Origin: an uncultured Pelagibacteraceae bacterium
Lineage (GTDB): Bacteria > Pseudomonadota > Alphaproteobacteria > Pelagibacterales > Pelagibacteraceae
Direction: 5' to 3'
Length of the DNA: 64,000 nt
Assembly: GCA_902517735.1 (NCBI GenBank)
Contig: CABYDK010000001.1
Coordinates: 2,334 to 66,333 of the forward strand
Positions 1-10,895 of this stretch are shown in pieces; position 1 is the first letter of the stretch; every line of letters starts with the position of its first letter. A program made the position numbers and the translations under genes. The notes beneath the pieces are model-generated. The model did not search any database. It was given only the letters and a program-made list of their open reading frames with translations, and had not been told where the DNA came from.

Positions 1-1116
1 TTTTGCTAAAAGCTCTTTTTCTTTTTCTAAGGTAAAATACGCTAGCCCAGAAGCTCCCTGATCTTTTGCCCAATTATCAATATTATCAAAAAAGCTTCGA
101 GGTTTATCTTTAGTATTTTTAGTTACAATACATCTCACCATCGAACCAGTTTTCACAAGTTTCTTGAATATTTCAAATGATACATCTTTTCTTGAAAAAA
201 TTTCTGTTATATCAAAAATTATTAAAGGATTTCTTAGATCTGGTTTATCAGAACCATACTTTAACATTGCTTCTTTATAAGTAATTTTAGGAAATTTATT
301 AAATAGTAATTTTTTACTAGAAAATTTTTTAAAAGTACTAACTAACAATTCTTCAACTACACTAAATACATCCTCTTGCTCAACGAACGACATTTCTAGA
401 TCTAATTGATAAAATTCTCCAGGGCTTCTATCTGCTCTAGCATCTTCATCTCTAAAACAAGGTGCAATTTGAAAATATCTATCAAATCCTGAAACCATTA
501 TTAATTGTTTAAATTGTTGTGGAGCTTGAGGAAGTGCATAAAATTTACCTGGATTTAATCTGCTTGGAACTAAAAAATCTCTTGCACCTTCTGGGCTAGA
601 TGAAGTCAAAATTGGAGTTTGAAATTCCAAAAATCCTAATTTACTCATTTCATTTCTAATAAATGAAATAACTTCTGATCTTAAAATAATATTTTCATGA
701 ATTTTTTTTCTTCTCAAATCAAGAAATCTATATTTAAGTCTAATTTCTTCTGCATATTCCTGATCGCTAAAAACTGGTAAAGGTAATTCCTTACAGGTAC
801 CTAGCACCTTATATTTTTTAATACCAACTTCTATTTCTCCAGTTTTGATTTCTTTATTTATCGTTTCATTTGATCTATTTACAACTTTACCTTCAATTTT
901 TATAACTGTTTCAAGTTGTATTTTTTCTAGTTCTTTAAAATTAGAATTTTCTTTATCAATAATGCATTGAGTAATTCCATAATTATCTCTTAGGTCAATA
1001 AATAGTAAGTTGCCATGATCTCTTTTTTTATTAATCCAACCAGAGAGAACTATGTTGCTACCAACATGCTCTTTACGTAATTCATTACAATTATGTGTAC
1101 GATATTTATTGCTCAA
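1..1116 (-). CDS. aspS: Aspartyl-tRNA synthetase, 5' part (runs off window start)
   Basis: Not in ORF track. Manual translation from TTG at 1116 gives (M)[13 protein letters not shown]..., then [55 protein letters not shown] at 1122-1126. Confidence 0.95.
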   Translation of the reverse strand, partial: MSNKYRTHNCNELRKEHVGSNIVLSGWINKKRDHGNLLFIDLRDNYGITQCIIDKENSNFKELEKIQLETVIKIEGKVVNRSNETINKEIKTGEIEVGIKKYKVLGTCKELPLPVFSDQEYAEEIRLKYRFLDLRRKKIHENIILRSEVISFIRNEMSKLGFLEFQTPILTSSSPEGARDFLVPSRLNPGKFYALPQAPQQFKQLIMVSGFDRYFQIAPCFRDEDARADRSPGEFYQLDLEMSFVEQEDVFSVVEELLVSTFKKFSSKKLLFNKFPKITYKEAMLKYGSDKPDLRNPLIIFDITEIFSRKDVSFEIFKKLVKTGSMVRCIVTKNTKDKPRSFFDNIDNWAKDQGASGLAYFTLEKEKELLAK

Positions 1117-1779
1117 TTATTCTCCTAAAACTTCTTTAATAATCTTAAAATCGATTGGTCTTTTCTTTTTTAAACTTAACTCGTCAACTTTATATATGAA
1201 ATCAATTATTTTTCCATACGATCTATCTATTCTTTTAATTATAAAATCAATCAATTTTTTATCTATAGTTATTTGACGATCAGATAAATTTTTTAATATT
1301 AAGGCAAACATTAATTCATCATCAGGTTTTTCTATTTTTTGTAACAAAAAACTTTTAGTTCTAGATTTTAAATCTAACAAATTAAAATGAATTTCTACAA
1401 TAGGTTTCTCTGAGGTAACTATGATAAATTTGTTATCTAAATCAATTATGTTAAATAAACTGTAGATTAACTTTTCATCTACTTTCTCATTTAAGTTTTC
1501 TAATATTATATTTTCATGAATTTTGATTATTTTAAGGTCGTTATCAGTTAAAGAATCTGCATTTAATTTTATACCTTTAAACTTTTTAATAAATATATTC
1601 ACAAGATGGGTTTTACCTGAAAATTTTTCCCCATTAATGTTTAAAAAATTTTTTTCCCATCTTGGCCATTGACTGAGTAGAGTGAAAATATGTTTGTTAC
1701 TATTTGATACATAAAAATCATCATCCTTAAAATTTTGTTCATAATCAAATTTAATAATTAATTGGTTTAAATTTGTCAT
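1117..1779 (-). CDS. DnaA/Hda family AAA+ protein (HdaA-like)
   Basis: N-terminal QLIIKF clamp-motif-like, DDFYVSNSN, Walker A GEKFSGKTHL, DLKSR. Lies next to purMN as in Alphaproteobacteria. Start 1779 gives an ATGA overlap with the upstream gene. Confidence 0.8.
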   Translation of the reverse strand: MTNLNQLIIKFDYEQNFKDDDFYVSNSNKHIFTLLSQWPRWEKNFLNINGEKFSGKTHLVNIFIKKFKGIKLNADSLTDNDLKIIKIHENIILENLNEKVDEKLIYSLFNIIDLDNKFIIVTSEKPIVEIHFNLLDLKSRTKSFLLQKIEKPDDELMFALILKNLSDRQITIDKKLIDFIIKRIDRSYGKIIDFIYKVDELSLKKKRPIDFKIIKEVLGE

Positions 1780-2837
1780 TTTAAGATCCATGTTTTTTTC
1801 TGAGTATCAAAATTATAATTTTTATTTTTCATAATATTAATAAAGTTTTTAGTAGTACCATTAAAAATTACTTCGTAAAAAATAAAATCTTTATTAAATT
1901 TTTTAATTGAATAACTACTAATTAAATCAATTTTATCTAAAGTTTTTTCAAATTTTGAGGACAAATTAAAGTCTTTATTATTTACTTGAATTAAAAGTGG
2001 CAATTTAATTGAAGTATTTATCAGATTATTTTCTTTCCAAAAATCCTCATAAATAGTCTTTAAATTATCTATTAATATTTTAAGATCTTTAGAATTGTCC
2101 AGCTCAATATTTTCAAATGAGTTGCTTTTAATAACTTTTTTATTCTTAATATAAATTTTAGACAAAATCTTTATTTGATTTTCATCTTTAAAAATAAGAG
2201 TAATAATAGAATTGTTTAAAAAATATTTTTTTATTATTTCATCAAAATCATAATTCTCTAATTCAGAATAATTTTCTTTGATTAAATTAAGATCCTCTAA
2301 ATCTTCTGTAGGTAAAATATAATTAATTAGATAAGTTTTTTTACTTTCTTTTTCCCAATTTTTATAAATTGGATTGTTTGAAAATACTAGAAGATCAGTT
2401 TTTGATTGATCAATTATTATAGGTATAAACAAAAATTTTGTTTCTACTATTTGAGCTGGAAATATATTTTTACTCTCTAGATAACTAAAAATTTTTTTTT
2501 TATTAAATGAAACTCCTAAATTTAGACTATAATTTTTATTAATGAATTTTTCTTTTTTAATCGAGAAGGTCTCAATCATACTTTTAATTTCATTTAAATT
2601 AATACTCTTTATTTTATCTAAATCTTTGGATTGAATCAGTTTTCCCATCAATTCTTTAAAAGCTTTTTTAAAACCTTTATTAATTAGAATATCTTTATTG
2701 AAATTATTCTCTAATTTTTCTGAAATTTCTATTTCTTCTATTAAAAAGGCTTTAGCATTTACTTTGTTTGTGGAAAAAAAAGATAAATTTAGAGCTAGAA
2801 CTAAAAAAAAAATATATAAGAATTTCTGATAATGCAT
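1776..2837 (-). CDS. Exported conserved protein, DUF2066-like
   Basis: Signal peptide (..KVNAKA). Conserved position between purM and hda in Alphaproteobacteria. Confidence 0.6.
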   Translation of the reverse strand: MHYQKFLYIFFLVLALNLSFFSTNKVNAKAFLIEEIEISEKLENNFNKDILINKGFKKAFKELMGKLIQSKDLDKIKSINLNEIKSMIETFSIKKEKFINKNYSLNLGVSFNKKKIFSYLESKNIFPAQIVETKFLFIPIIIDQSKTDLLVFSNNPIYKNWEKESKKTYLINYILPTEDLEDLNLIKENYSELENYDFDEIIKKYFLNNSIITLIFKDENQIKILSKIYIKNKKVIKSNSFENIELDNSKDLKILIDNLKTIYEDFWKENNLINTSIKLPLLIQVNNKDFNLSSKFEKTLDKIDLISSYSIKKFNKDFIFYEVIFNGTTKNFINIMKNKNYNFDTQKKTWILK

Positions 2838-2858
2838 AGTTATTAAAGTAATATTCTA

Positions 2859-3887
2859 ATGAAAAAAAAACCCTTTACCTATAAAAAAAGTGGCGTCAAT
2901 ATTAATGCTGCCGATAAATTTGTTAATTTCATATCAAAAATATCATCAAAAAAAAGAGGCAATAAAAAGTTTAATAATATTGGAGGATTTGGCTCTATTT
3001 CAGGCCTACCTAAAAACATAAAAAAACCTAAAATTGTTGCTTGCACAGATGGAGTTGGAACTAAAATTGAAATAGCGAATTTGCTTAATAAATTTGACAC
3101 AATCGGCATTGATTTAGTCGCAATGAGTGTAAATGACTTAATTGTACAAGGAGCGAAACCAATTTTATTTTTAGATTATATTTCAATAAATAAAATTGAT
3201 TTAAAAAAACTCAAATCCATACTTAAAGGAATAATCAGGGGATGTGAAATAGCTAATTGCGAGCTTGTAGGTGGCGAAACTGCTGAAATGCCAGATACAT
3301 ATGAAAAAGGAAAATTTGATATTGCAGGTTTTGCAGTTGGTATAGTTGAGGGTAATAAAATTTTAAATAAAAAAAAAATTAAAAATGGTGATTTAATTTT
3401 AGCAGTTCCATCAGCAGGTATACATTCAAATGGATATTCGTTAATTCGACAAATATTAAAAGAAAAAAAAATAAACATCAAAAAAAATACATTTTTAAAA
3501 AAGCAACTTATTAAGCCTACTAAAATTTATGTAAATGAAATTCTTAATTTGACTGATAATAATTTAATTAATGGATGTGCAAATATTACTGGTGGTGGAT
3601 TAGCAGATAATATTAAAAGAGTGATACCAGATAATTTAAGTGCAAAAATTAATTTAAGAAATATAAGAACTTTAAAAATATTTAGTTGGTTAAAACAAAA
3701 AAATATTTCCGATAAAGAAATGCTTAAAACTTTTAATTGTGGAGTAGGGTTTTGTTTAATAATAGATCCTAGGAACCTAGAAAAAGTTAAAAAATATTTT
3801 TCAAATAATTTTAAACCGTATTTAATTGGAAAAATAATTAAAGGAAAAAATAAAGTTGAGTTAAATGCCAAAATTAATTGGAACTAA
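2859..3887 (+). CDS. purM: Phosphoribosylformylglycinamidine cyclo-ligase
   Basis: TYKKSGVNI, TDGVGTK, GGETAEMP, GIHSNGYSL, TFNCGVG motifs. Confidence 0.97.
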   Translation: MKKKPFTYKKSGVNINAADKFVNFISKISSKKRGNKKFNNIGGFGSISGLPKNIKKPKIVACTDGVGTKIEIANLLNKFDTIGIDLVAMSVNDLIVQGAKPILFLDYISINKIDLKKLKSILKGIIRGCEIANCELVGGETAEMPDTYEKGKFDIAGFAVGIVEGNKILNKKKIKNGDLILAVPSAGIHSNGYSLIRQILKEKKINIKKNTFLKKQLIKPTKIYVNEILNLTDNNLINGCANITGGGLADNIKRVIPDNLSAKINLRNIRTLKIFSWLKQKNISDKEMLKTFNCGVGFCLIIDPRNLEKVKKYFSNNFKPYLIGKIIKGKNKVELNAKINWN

Positions 3888-4449
3888 AAAAATAAATATT
3901 GCTGTATTTATATCTGGTAAAGGAAGTAACTTTAAAAATCTTATAAAACATTCTTTTAAAAAAAATTCAAAATTTAGAATTAGTCTCGTGATATCAAATA
4001 ATTCAAAAGCGAAAGGCCTTAATTATGCAAAAAAACATAATATTAGTAAAAAAATAATAAATTATGAAAATATCAAAAAGGCTGAAAAAAATATTCTTAA
4101 AGAATTAAAAAAAAGCAAGATTGAATTAATTTGTTTAGCAGGATTTATGAGGATTTTATCAAATAATTTTATAAAAAAATTTAAAAAAAAAATATTAAAT
4201 ATACACCCCTCATTGTTACCAAAATATAAAGGCCTCGATACTCATCAAAAAGTAGTAGATAATAAAGAAAAATATTCAGGTTGCACAGTTCACTACGTTA
4301 GTTCAAAATTAGATTCTGGAAAAATTATTATGCAAAAAAAAATTAAAGTTTTCAGAAATGATACTAGTGATAAAATTGCAAAAAGAATTCTAAAACAAGA
4401 ACATCTTTTGTATCCTAAGGCCTTAAAAAAAGTTTTAATTAGTCTTTAA
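3865..4449 (+). CDS. purN: Phosphoribosylglycinamide formyltransferase
   Basis: FISGKGSN, LAGFMRIL, NIHPSLLPKYKG, GCTVH, LDSG. Confidence 0.97.
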   Translation: MPKLIGTKKINIAVFISGKGSNFKNLIKHSFKKNSKFRISLVISNNSKAKGLNYAKKHNISKKIINYENIKKAEKNILKELKKSKIELICLAGFMRILSNNFIKKFKKKILNIHPSLLPKYKGLDTHQKVVDNKEKYSGCTVHYVSSKLDSGKIIMQKKIKVFRNDTSDKIAKRILKQEHLLYPKALKKVLISL

Positions 4450-4849
4450 AAAAAAAATCTATCTCTATTTTTGAATTTTCATAGCTATCTGAACCATGAA
4501 CTGAATTTTTATCAATTGATATCCCATATTTCTTTCTTATGGTACCATCAGTTGCATCTTTTGGATTAGTTGCTCCCATCAAATCTCTATTCGCTAAAAT
4601 CGCATTCTCTTTTTCTAAAATCATTACAACAATGGGGCCTGATGATAAATAAGTGCATAAATCGTTGTAAAATGGCTTAGTTTCGTGAACTTTATAGAAT
4701 TTTTCAGCTTCGAATTTTTCTATTTGAATTTTCTTTTCTTTAACAATTTTAAATCCATTATTTTTAAACATATCTTTAATTTCATTATCAAGATTTCTTT
4801 CTACTGCATCAGGTTTAATTATGGAAAGTGTTTGTTCTAGATTACTCAT
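4439..4849 (-). CDS. ndk: Nucleoside diphosphate kinase
   Basis: TLSIIKPDAV, MGATNP, NSVHGSDS. Confidence 0.97.
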   Translation of the reverse strand: MSNLEQTLSIIKPDAVERNLDNEIKDMFKNNGFKIVKEKKIQIEKFEAEKFYKVHETKPFYNDLCTYLSSGPIVVMILEKENAILANRDLMGATNPKDATDGTIRKKYGISIDKNSVHGSDSYENSKIEIDFFFKD

Positions 4850-6296
4850 AATATTCTTCTATTAATTGATTTAAAAGTCTTACACCAAAACCAGTTGCTC
4901 CTCCTGAATTTAAAGCTCCTCCATATTTTGAAAATGCCATCCCTGCAATATCTAAGTGTGCCCAAGGTGTTTTATCTAATATAAATCTCTGCAAAAATTG
5001 TGCTGCTGTTGTGGAACCTGCTCCACCAACATAATTAATATTTTGCATATCAGCATTTTTGGAGTCAATTAATTTATCGTAATTTTTATTTAGTGGCATT
5101 CTCCATACCTTTTCCTCTACTTTATTACCTGAGTTGATCAGCTGATTTGAAAGTTTGTCATCGTTAGAAAATAATCCAGCATACTCTGAACCTAAGGAAA
5201 CAATAATAGCTCCTGTTAATGTTGCTAAATCAATAATAAATTTGGGTTTAAATTTTCTTTCAGTATAAGTTAAAGCATCAGCTAAAACTAATCTACCTTC
5301 TGCATCCGTATTTAAAACCTCAACAGTTTTACCACTATAAGATTTAACTATATCTCCTGGTCTTTGAGCATTTCCACCAGGCATATTTTCTACAAGACCT
5401 ACAACTCCAACAGCATTAATTTTTGCTTTTCTTAAAGCCAAATTTTTCATTAATCCAACCACAACTGCAGACCCAGCCATATCGTAAGTCATATCCTCCA
5501 TAAATTTTGCAGGTTTTAAAGATATTCCACCAGTATCAAAACAAACACCTTTGCCAACAAAAGCTAAAGGCTTCGAATTATTTCTTAATCCTTTCCATTC
5601 CATAGTTACAAGATAGGATCCTCTAATACTTCCTTGTCCAACACCAAGTAAGGTGTTCATACCAAGCTTTTTAAGTTTTTTTTCATCATATATATTTATC
5701 CTTAAACCAATTTTTTTTAACGAATTAATTCTTTTTGCGTACTCATCTGGATGTAAAATATTACCTGGTTCGGATACTAAATCTCTTGCATAAAATGTAC
5801 CTTCTTCCAAAGATCTAAATTTTAATTGATTTAGTGCTGAAGGTTTATTTTTTCCGAAAACAGTTAATGATATAATTCTGGTTTCTTTTTTTGTCTTATA
5901 TTTTAAGAATTGATAGGATTTTAATTTTACTCCATGAAGAAAAAAACCAACAAAATTTTTTTGTTTACTAAATATAGTGTCTGTATGAATAAAATATTCA
6001 CTATTTTTACCATAATTTATACGCCCATAAAATTTAGCACCCAAATTTTCTATCTCTGATGTTTTTAAATTAGATTTAATAGAAATTAAAACTATCTTTT
6101 TTTTTGAATTAACCTCAAAAACAAATAAATCTTTTTTTAAATCGCTAGTTTTTAATAAATCGTTGATGTAAGAAAATTCAGAACTAGAGACATATTTTTT
6201 AAGATTGGCTAAATTGAATTTTTCATTAGTAAAAAGTACAAGATTTCTAGAGGGGTTCTTTGAAAAGCCATTTTTATAATTAATTTTAATAGACAT
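4842..6296 (-). CDS. pepA: Leucyl aminopeptidase (M17)
   Basis: VGKGVCFDTGG, DMAG, NTDAEGRL, ATLTGA, HLDIAG. Confidence 0.97.
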   Translation of the reverse strand: MSIKINYKNGFSKNPSRNLVLFTNEKFNLANLKKYVSSSEFSYINDLLKTSDLKKDLFVFEVNSKKKIVLISIKSNLKTSEIENLGAKFYGRINYGKNSEYFIHTDTIFSKQKNFVGFFLHGVKLKSYQFLKYKTKKETRIISLTVFGKNKPSALNQLKFRSLEEGTFYARDLVSEPGNILHPDEYAKRINSLKKIGLRINIYDEKKLKKLGMNTLLGVGQGSIRGSYLVTMEWKGLRNNSKPLAFVGKGVCFDTGGISLKPAKFMEDMTYDMAGSAVVVGLMKNLALRKAKINAVGVVGLVENMPGGNAQRPGDIVKSYSGKTVEVLNTDAEGRLVLADALTYTERKFKPKFIIDLATLTGAIIVSLGSEYAGLFSNDDKLSNQLINSGNKVEEKVWRMPLNKNYDKLIDSKNADMQNINYVGGAGSTTAAQFLQRFILDKTPWAHLDIAGMAFSKYGGALNSGGATGFGVRLLNQLIEEYYE

Positions 6297-6354
6297 AAAT
6301 TTTTAAATACACTTTATACGAGCAAATGCTATATATGTGGTAAAAATATTTTCA

Positions 6355-7458
6355 ATGAAAAAATTAATATTTAGAAAATTTTATCAAGATATATCAGCTT
6401 TTTTTGTAGCTTCTTTACTTATCGTGGGTTTAATTGTTTGGACAATACAAGCTGTAAATTATTTCGATTTTGTCACAGAAGATGGCCATGGATTAAAAAT
6501 CTATTTTTTTTACTCAATACTAAACTTTCCAAAAATTATTCACAGGATTTTGCCTTTTATATTTTTTGTATCAATTTTCTACACAATAATAAGATATGAA
6601 ATTAAAAATGAAATTTTTATTTTTTGGGTTAATGGAGTAAGTAAAATAAATTTTATAAATAGATTATTAATCTTTTCATTTATAATCGTTTCTTTTCAAA
6701 TCATTCTAGGGTCTTATATTTCTCCATTGTCAAAACTTGAAGCTCGAAATTATATCAAAAATTCGAATGTTGATTTTTTTACCTCCCTAATTAAAGAAGG
6801 AAAATTTATTAATGTAACTGATGGCCTAACTATTTTCATTGATAGTAAAGAAATTGATGGAAGTTTTAAAAATATTTTTTTAGAGGAAACTAACAAAAAA
6901 AATTCAAAAATGATTTATGCAAATAAGGGGATACTTATTGACAATGAATCACAAAAAACTCTTAAACTATTTGATGGTAGAGTTATAAATTTTGAAAAAG
7001 CAAAAATAAATTTATTTGATTTTGATCAAATTAATTTTAGTTTAAAGGATTTAACTTCAAAAACAATTACTGTTCCAAAAATACAAGAAATAGATACTAA
7101 GATATTATTAAGCTGTTTTCTAGATATTGAGAATGATAAATTTAAACAATTTAAATGTGAAGAGAACTTAATTAAAGAAGCACAAAGAGAATTATTCATA
7201 AGATTCTATAAACCAATTTTTATTCCACTAATTGTTTTATTTTCATGTTTTTTGACATTGTATTCGAAAAATGAAAAAAAATATAAAACTAAAGTAAATT
7301 TAATATTTTTAACAATTTTTTTTCTTTTAGTATATTCAGAGGTATCAACACGATATTCTGTAACATCAATCAATTTTACTATAATGTATTTATTGTTACC
7401 AATATTTATATTTATATTTGGATACTATTTATTCTATAGGTTGGTTAAAAATGTTTAA
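6355..7458 (+). CDS. lptF: LPS export ABC permease LptF
   Basis: 3+3 TM layout with a periplasmic domain. First gene of the lptF-lptG-lptD-surA-pdxA-rsmA block divergent from pepA. Confidence 0.85.
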   Translation: MKKLIFRKFYQDISAFFVASLLIVGLIVWTIQAVNYFDFVTEDGHGLKIYFFYSILNFPKIIHRILPFIFFVSIFYTIIRYEIKNEIFIFWVNGVSKINFINRLLIFSFIIVSFQIILGSYISPLSKLEARNYIKNSNVDFFTSLIKEGKFINVTDGLTIFIDSKEIDGSFKNIFLEETNKKNSKMIYANKGILIDNESQKTLKLFDGRVINFEKAKINLFDFDQINFSLKDLTSKTITVPKIQEIDTKILLSCFLDIENDKFKQFKCEENLIKEAQRELFIRFYKPIFIPLIVLFSCFLTLYSKNEKKYKTKVNLIFLTIFFLLVYSEVSTRYSVTSINFTIMYLLLPIFIFIFGYYLFYRLVKNV

Positions 7459-8530
7459 ATTATATCAAAAATATATAATTATGAATTTCTTAAGGAAATT
7501 TATAAATATATCGCTTATATTTTTAACTTTAATTTTTATTTTAGGAATACTTGAGGAAATAAATTTTTTTAGAGATGTGAGCGCAAACTTTATTTTTCCC
7601 TATTTTTTAACTTTATTAAATGCCCCAATTACACTCTTCGAGATATTTCCGTTTATTTTTTTAATATCTACTCAATTTTTTTTATATGATCTAATAAAAA
7701 ATGAAGAACTAAATTTGTTAAAAAAAGTTGGATTAAGTAATTTAAAAATTGTCAAAATATTATTTTTATTATCTATTTTTATTGGAATTTTTAATGTGAT
7801 TATTTATTATAATATTGCGTCAAAACTAAAATTTTATTATTCAGATATTAAAAATAATTTCTCTAATGATAATAAGTACCTAGCTATGGTCACTGAAAGT
7901 GGATTGTGGATAAAAGATGAAGTAAACGACAAGAAATATATTATCAAATCAAAATTTATTAATGATAAATTTTTATTTGAAAATATCATTAATGAATTTG
8001 ACTCAGATTTTAAATTAATTAAAACAATACAATCAAAAAAGATTGATATAAGTGACTATAATTGGATAGTTCACAACCCTAATATAACTATTGAAAATAA
8101 TACTGAAAGTATTGATGGTTTTATAGAAATATCTTCAAACTTTAATTCTGAAAAAATTAACAATCTTTTTTCTAACATATCATCATTTGATATGTTTAAA
8201 CTTTATGAACTTAAAGAGGATTATAAAAAATTTGGTTATTCTACTGATGAGATAACAATTCAACTTTTGAAACTTTTTACAACTCCTCTTTTTTATGGAA
8301 CATTTACAATATTCTCTATTATAATTATGTTTAACTTTTCGAAAAATAAATCACTACTATTCCATATTATTAGTGGGGTATTATTGTCTGTAATAATTTA
8401 TTATATAAACTTTATTTTTAACTCACTGGGAAATAATGGTAAAATACCAGTCTATCCCTCAATTTTTTTTCCTTTATTTATTATATTTGTTTTATCTGCA
8501 ATAGGACTTGTGAACATCAATGAAAAATAA
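7451..8530 (+). CDS. lptG: LPS export ABC permease LptG
   Basis: LptF/G family topology, GLWIKD motif, synteny. Confidence 0.85.
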   Translation: MFKLYQKYIIMNFLRKFINISLIFLTLIFILGILEEINFFRDVSANFIFPYFLTLLNAPITLFEIFPFIFLISTQFFLYDLIKNEELNLLKKVGLSNLKIVKILFLLSIFIGIFNVIIYYNIASKLKFYYSDIKNNFSNDNKYLAMVTESGLWIKDEVNDKKYIIKSKFINDKFLFENIINEFDSDFKLIKTIQSKKIDISDYNWIVHNPNITIENNTESIDGFIEISSNFNSEKINNLFSNISSFDMFKLYELKEDYKKFGYSTDEITIQLLKLFTTPLFYGTFTIFSIIIMFNFSKNKSLLFHIISGVLLSVIIYYINFIFNSLGNNGKIPVYPSIFFPLFIIFVLSAIGLVNINEK

Positions 8531-10895
8531 GTTTATATTTACAGTTATAATAAGCATAATTTATTTTCAAAATATTGCTTTATCCAGCTCATTTACATTA
8601 AAAAGTACAAATATTGAAATTTTGAACGAAGGGGATCAGATTAATGCATACAATGGTAAAGCTATATCAAAGGATAATAATTTAGAAATTAACTCAGATA
8701 AATATATCTACTTTAAAAATTTAGATAAACTAGAGTCTATCGGTAATGGTAATGCATTAATAAAATCTGAAAAAATTAAAATTAAATACGATAACGCTAT
8801 TTTTGATCAAAAAAATTTAAATATTGAAGCTAATGGAAATGTAGAAATTCTCCAGATTAATGGGAGCTTTGTTATCAAAAATGAAAAAATATTCTATGAT
8901 CAAAAAAACAATATAGTGAGTTCAAATGAAACTACGAAAATAGAGGATAAATTTGGAAATATTCATTTTGTTGATAATTTTGTTTTTGAAATAAATAAAA
9001 ATTTAATAAAAGCAAAAAATCTTGTTAGTAAAGATGCTCAGTCAAATACTTTTAAAACATCAATAGCATATATTAATACTTACTCAGGAAAAGTTTTCGG
9101 AAAAGATGTCAAAATAGATCTAAATAATTCTTCAAGTGAAAATTATAAGTTAAGAGGAAATAGTGGACAAATAGATGATAACTACTCAGAGATTACTAAA
9201 GGAGTATTTACAACTTGTAAAAAAAGAGAGGGATGCCCGCCTTGGCAATTTAGTGCAAAAAATATAATACATGATAAGAAAAAACGTGAAATTATTTATG
9301 ATGATGCCTTATTAAGGGTTTACGATGTGCCTGTTGCTTATTTTCCAAAGTTTTTTCATCCTGACCCAACAGTCAAAAGAAGATCTGGATTTTTAATACC
9401 AACAATCAAGAATTCTCCAAGTTCTGATAATTATTTGAATACTCCATATTTTTTAGCTATTGCAGAAAATAAAGATGCAACCTTTTCTCCTAGATTGTAT
9501 GCTAATGAAAAAATTTTACTTCAAACAGAATATAGACAAGTCAATTCTAAATCTAATCATATTGCAGATTTTAGTTTTTTTGCAGAAAAAGATGAGGACT
9601 CAAAAAATCACTTATTTTATGAATACGATAAAAGTTTAAAAGTTAAAGATTTTGAAAATAGCAAAATTAATTTTAAACTTCAAACAACATCAAATGACAC
9701 TTATTTAAAGTCGGATAAGATACAAAGTGATCTGATTAATGATAACGATACAATGATAAATTCTCTTAATTTAGATTTATATTCTAATGATTTATCTATA
9801 AATGTAAGTTCTACAATTTACGAAAATTTGAATAAAGATGATAACGATAGATACGAATATATTTTTCCAAGATTAAAATTGGCGAAAAATTTGAATAATT
9901 TGAGTTTTTTAGATGGAAATTTATTATTTGAGTCAGATACTTTAGTTAGACAATACGATACTAATGTTCAGGAAAAACGTAACGTAAATAACTTTATTTT
10001 TACCTCTAATCCCAAAATTAACAGGTACGGTTTTCTAAATAATCACGAATTTTTAATAAGAAATACAAACAGCGAAAATAGAAATTCAAATTATAAAAAT
10101 AAAAAAAATTTTTTTATGTCAAGCATGTATCAATTTAATTCAAGCTTTCCATTGATAAAAGAAAATGAAAAGTATCAAAAAATCTTTAAGCCTAAGCTAT
10201 CTCTCAAAGCTGCACCTAATCATACCAAAAATGAGAGAAATATTGAGAGAAAAATTGATTTAACAAATATTTATTCATTAGATAGAACTACAGATGAGAC
10301 AAGTGTAGAAGGTGGTTTATCTGCAGCTTATGGATTCGATTATTCAATACTTAACAAATTTAATACCAATGAATTATTTAATCTAAAATTAGCCAATAAT
10401 ATAAGGTTAGAACAAAATGACGATCTTTCAAATATTAATCAGATAGGAGAAAAAAACTCCAATGTATTTGGTGAAATTATGTTTAATCCAAATGAAATAT
10501 TTACAACAAAATATATTTCATCTATCAAAAATAATCTACAAGATATAAATTACCAAAATTTAATTTCTGATTTTAAATTTAACAATTTTGTCACTACATT
10601 TGATTATTTAAATGAAAATAACACATCTAGTAAAAACTCCTATTTATCAAACACCACAAAGTATTCGTTAAATCAGTTTAACAGTTTGGCATTTTCTACA
10701 AGAAAAAATAAAGCTAAAGATTTAACAGAATATTATAATTTTATGTATCAATATAAAAATGACTGTCTTGCAGCTTCTATAGAGTATAATAAAGATTTTT
10801 ATAGCGATAGAGAATTAAAACCTGATGAGAATATTTTCTTTAAATTAACAATTACTCCATTTGCTGAGGTAAGTAGTCCAAATATTAAACAATGA
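8520..10895 (+). CDS. lptD: LPS assembly protein LptD (OstA)
   Basis: FTTC..CPPW, YFPKFFHPDPTVKRRSGFL, YKNDC, beta-barrel-like C-terminal region. Confidence 0.92.
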   Translation: MKNKFIFTVIISIIYFQNIALSSSFTLKSTNIEILNEGDQINAYNGKAISKDNNLEINSDKYIYFKNLDKLESIGNGNALIKSEKIKIKYDNAIFDQKNLNIEANGNVEILQINGSFVIKNEKIFYDQKNNIVSSNETTKIEDKFGNIHFVDNFVFEINKNLIKAKNLVSKDAQSNTFKTSIAYINTYSGKVFGKDVKIDLNNSSSENYKLRGNSGQIDDNYSEITKGVFTTCKKREGCPPWQFSAKNIIHDKKKREIIYDDALLRVYDVPVAYFPKFFHPDPTVKRRSGFLIPTIKNSPSSDNYLNTPYFLAIAENKDATFSPRLYANEKILLQTEYRQVNSKSNHIADFSFFAEKDEDSKNHLFYEYDKSLKVKDFENSKINFKLQTTSNDTYLKSDKIQSDLINDNDTMINSLNLDLYSNDLSINVSSTIYENLNKDDNDRYEYIFPRLKLAKNLNNLSFLDGNLLFESDTLVRQYDTNVQEKRNVNNFIFTSNPKINRYGFLNNHEFLIRNTNSENRNSNYKNKKNFFMSSMYQFNSSFPLIKENEKYQKIFKPKLSLKAAPNHTKNERNIERKIDLTNIYSLDRTTDETSVEGGLSAAYGFDYSILNKFNTNELFNLKLANNIRLEQNDDLSNINQIGEKNSNVFGEIMFNPNEIFTTKYISSIKNNLQDINYQNLISDFKFNNFVTTFDYLNENNTSSKNSYLSNTTKYSLNQFNSLAFSTRKNKAKDLTEYYNFMYQYKNDCLAASIEYNKDFYSDRELKPDENIFFKLTITPFAEVSSPNIKQ

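Noticed and set aside
2769-2777. TTTTCCACA DnaA-box match near the start of the DUF2066-hda operon
   Set aside because: Single match inside coding sequence. Several such 9-mers are expected by chance in 64 kb of AT-rich DNA.
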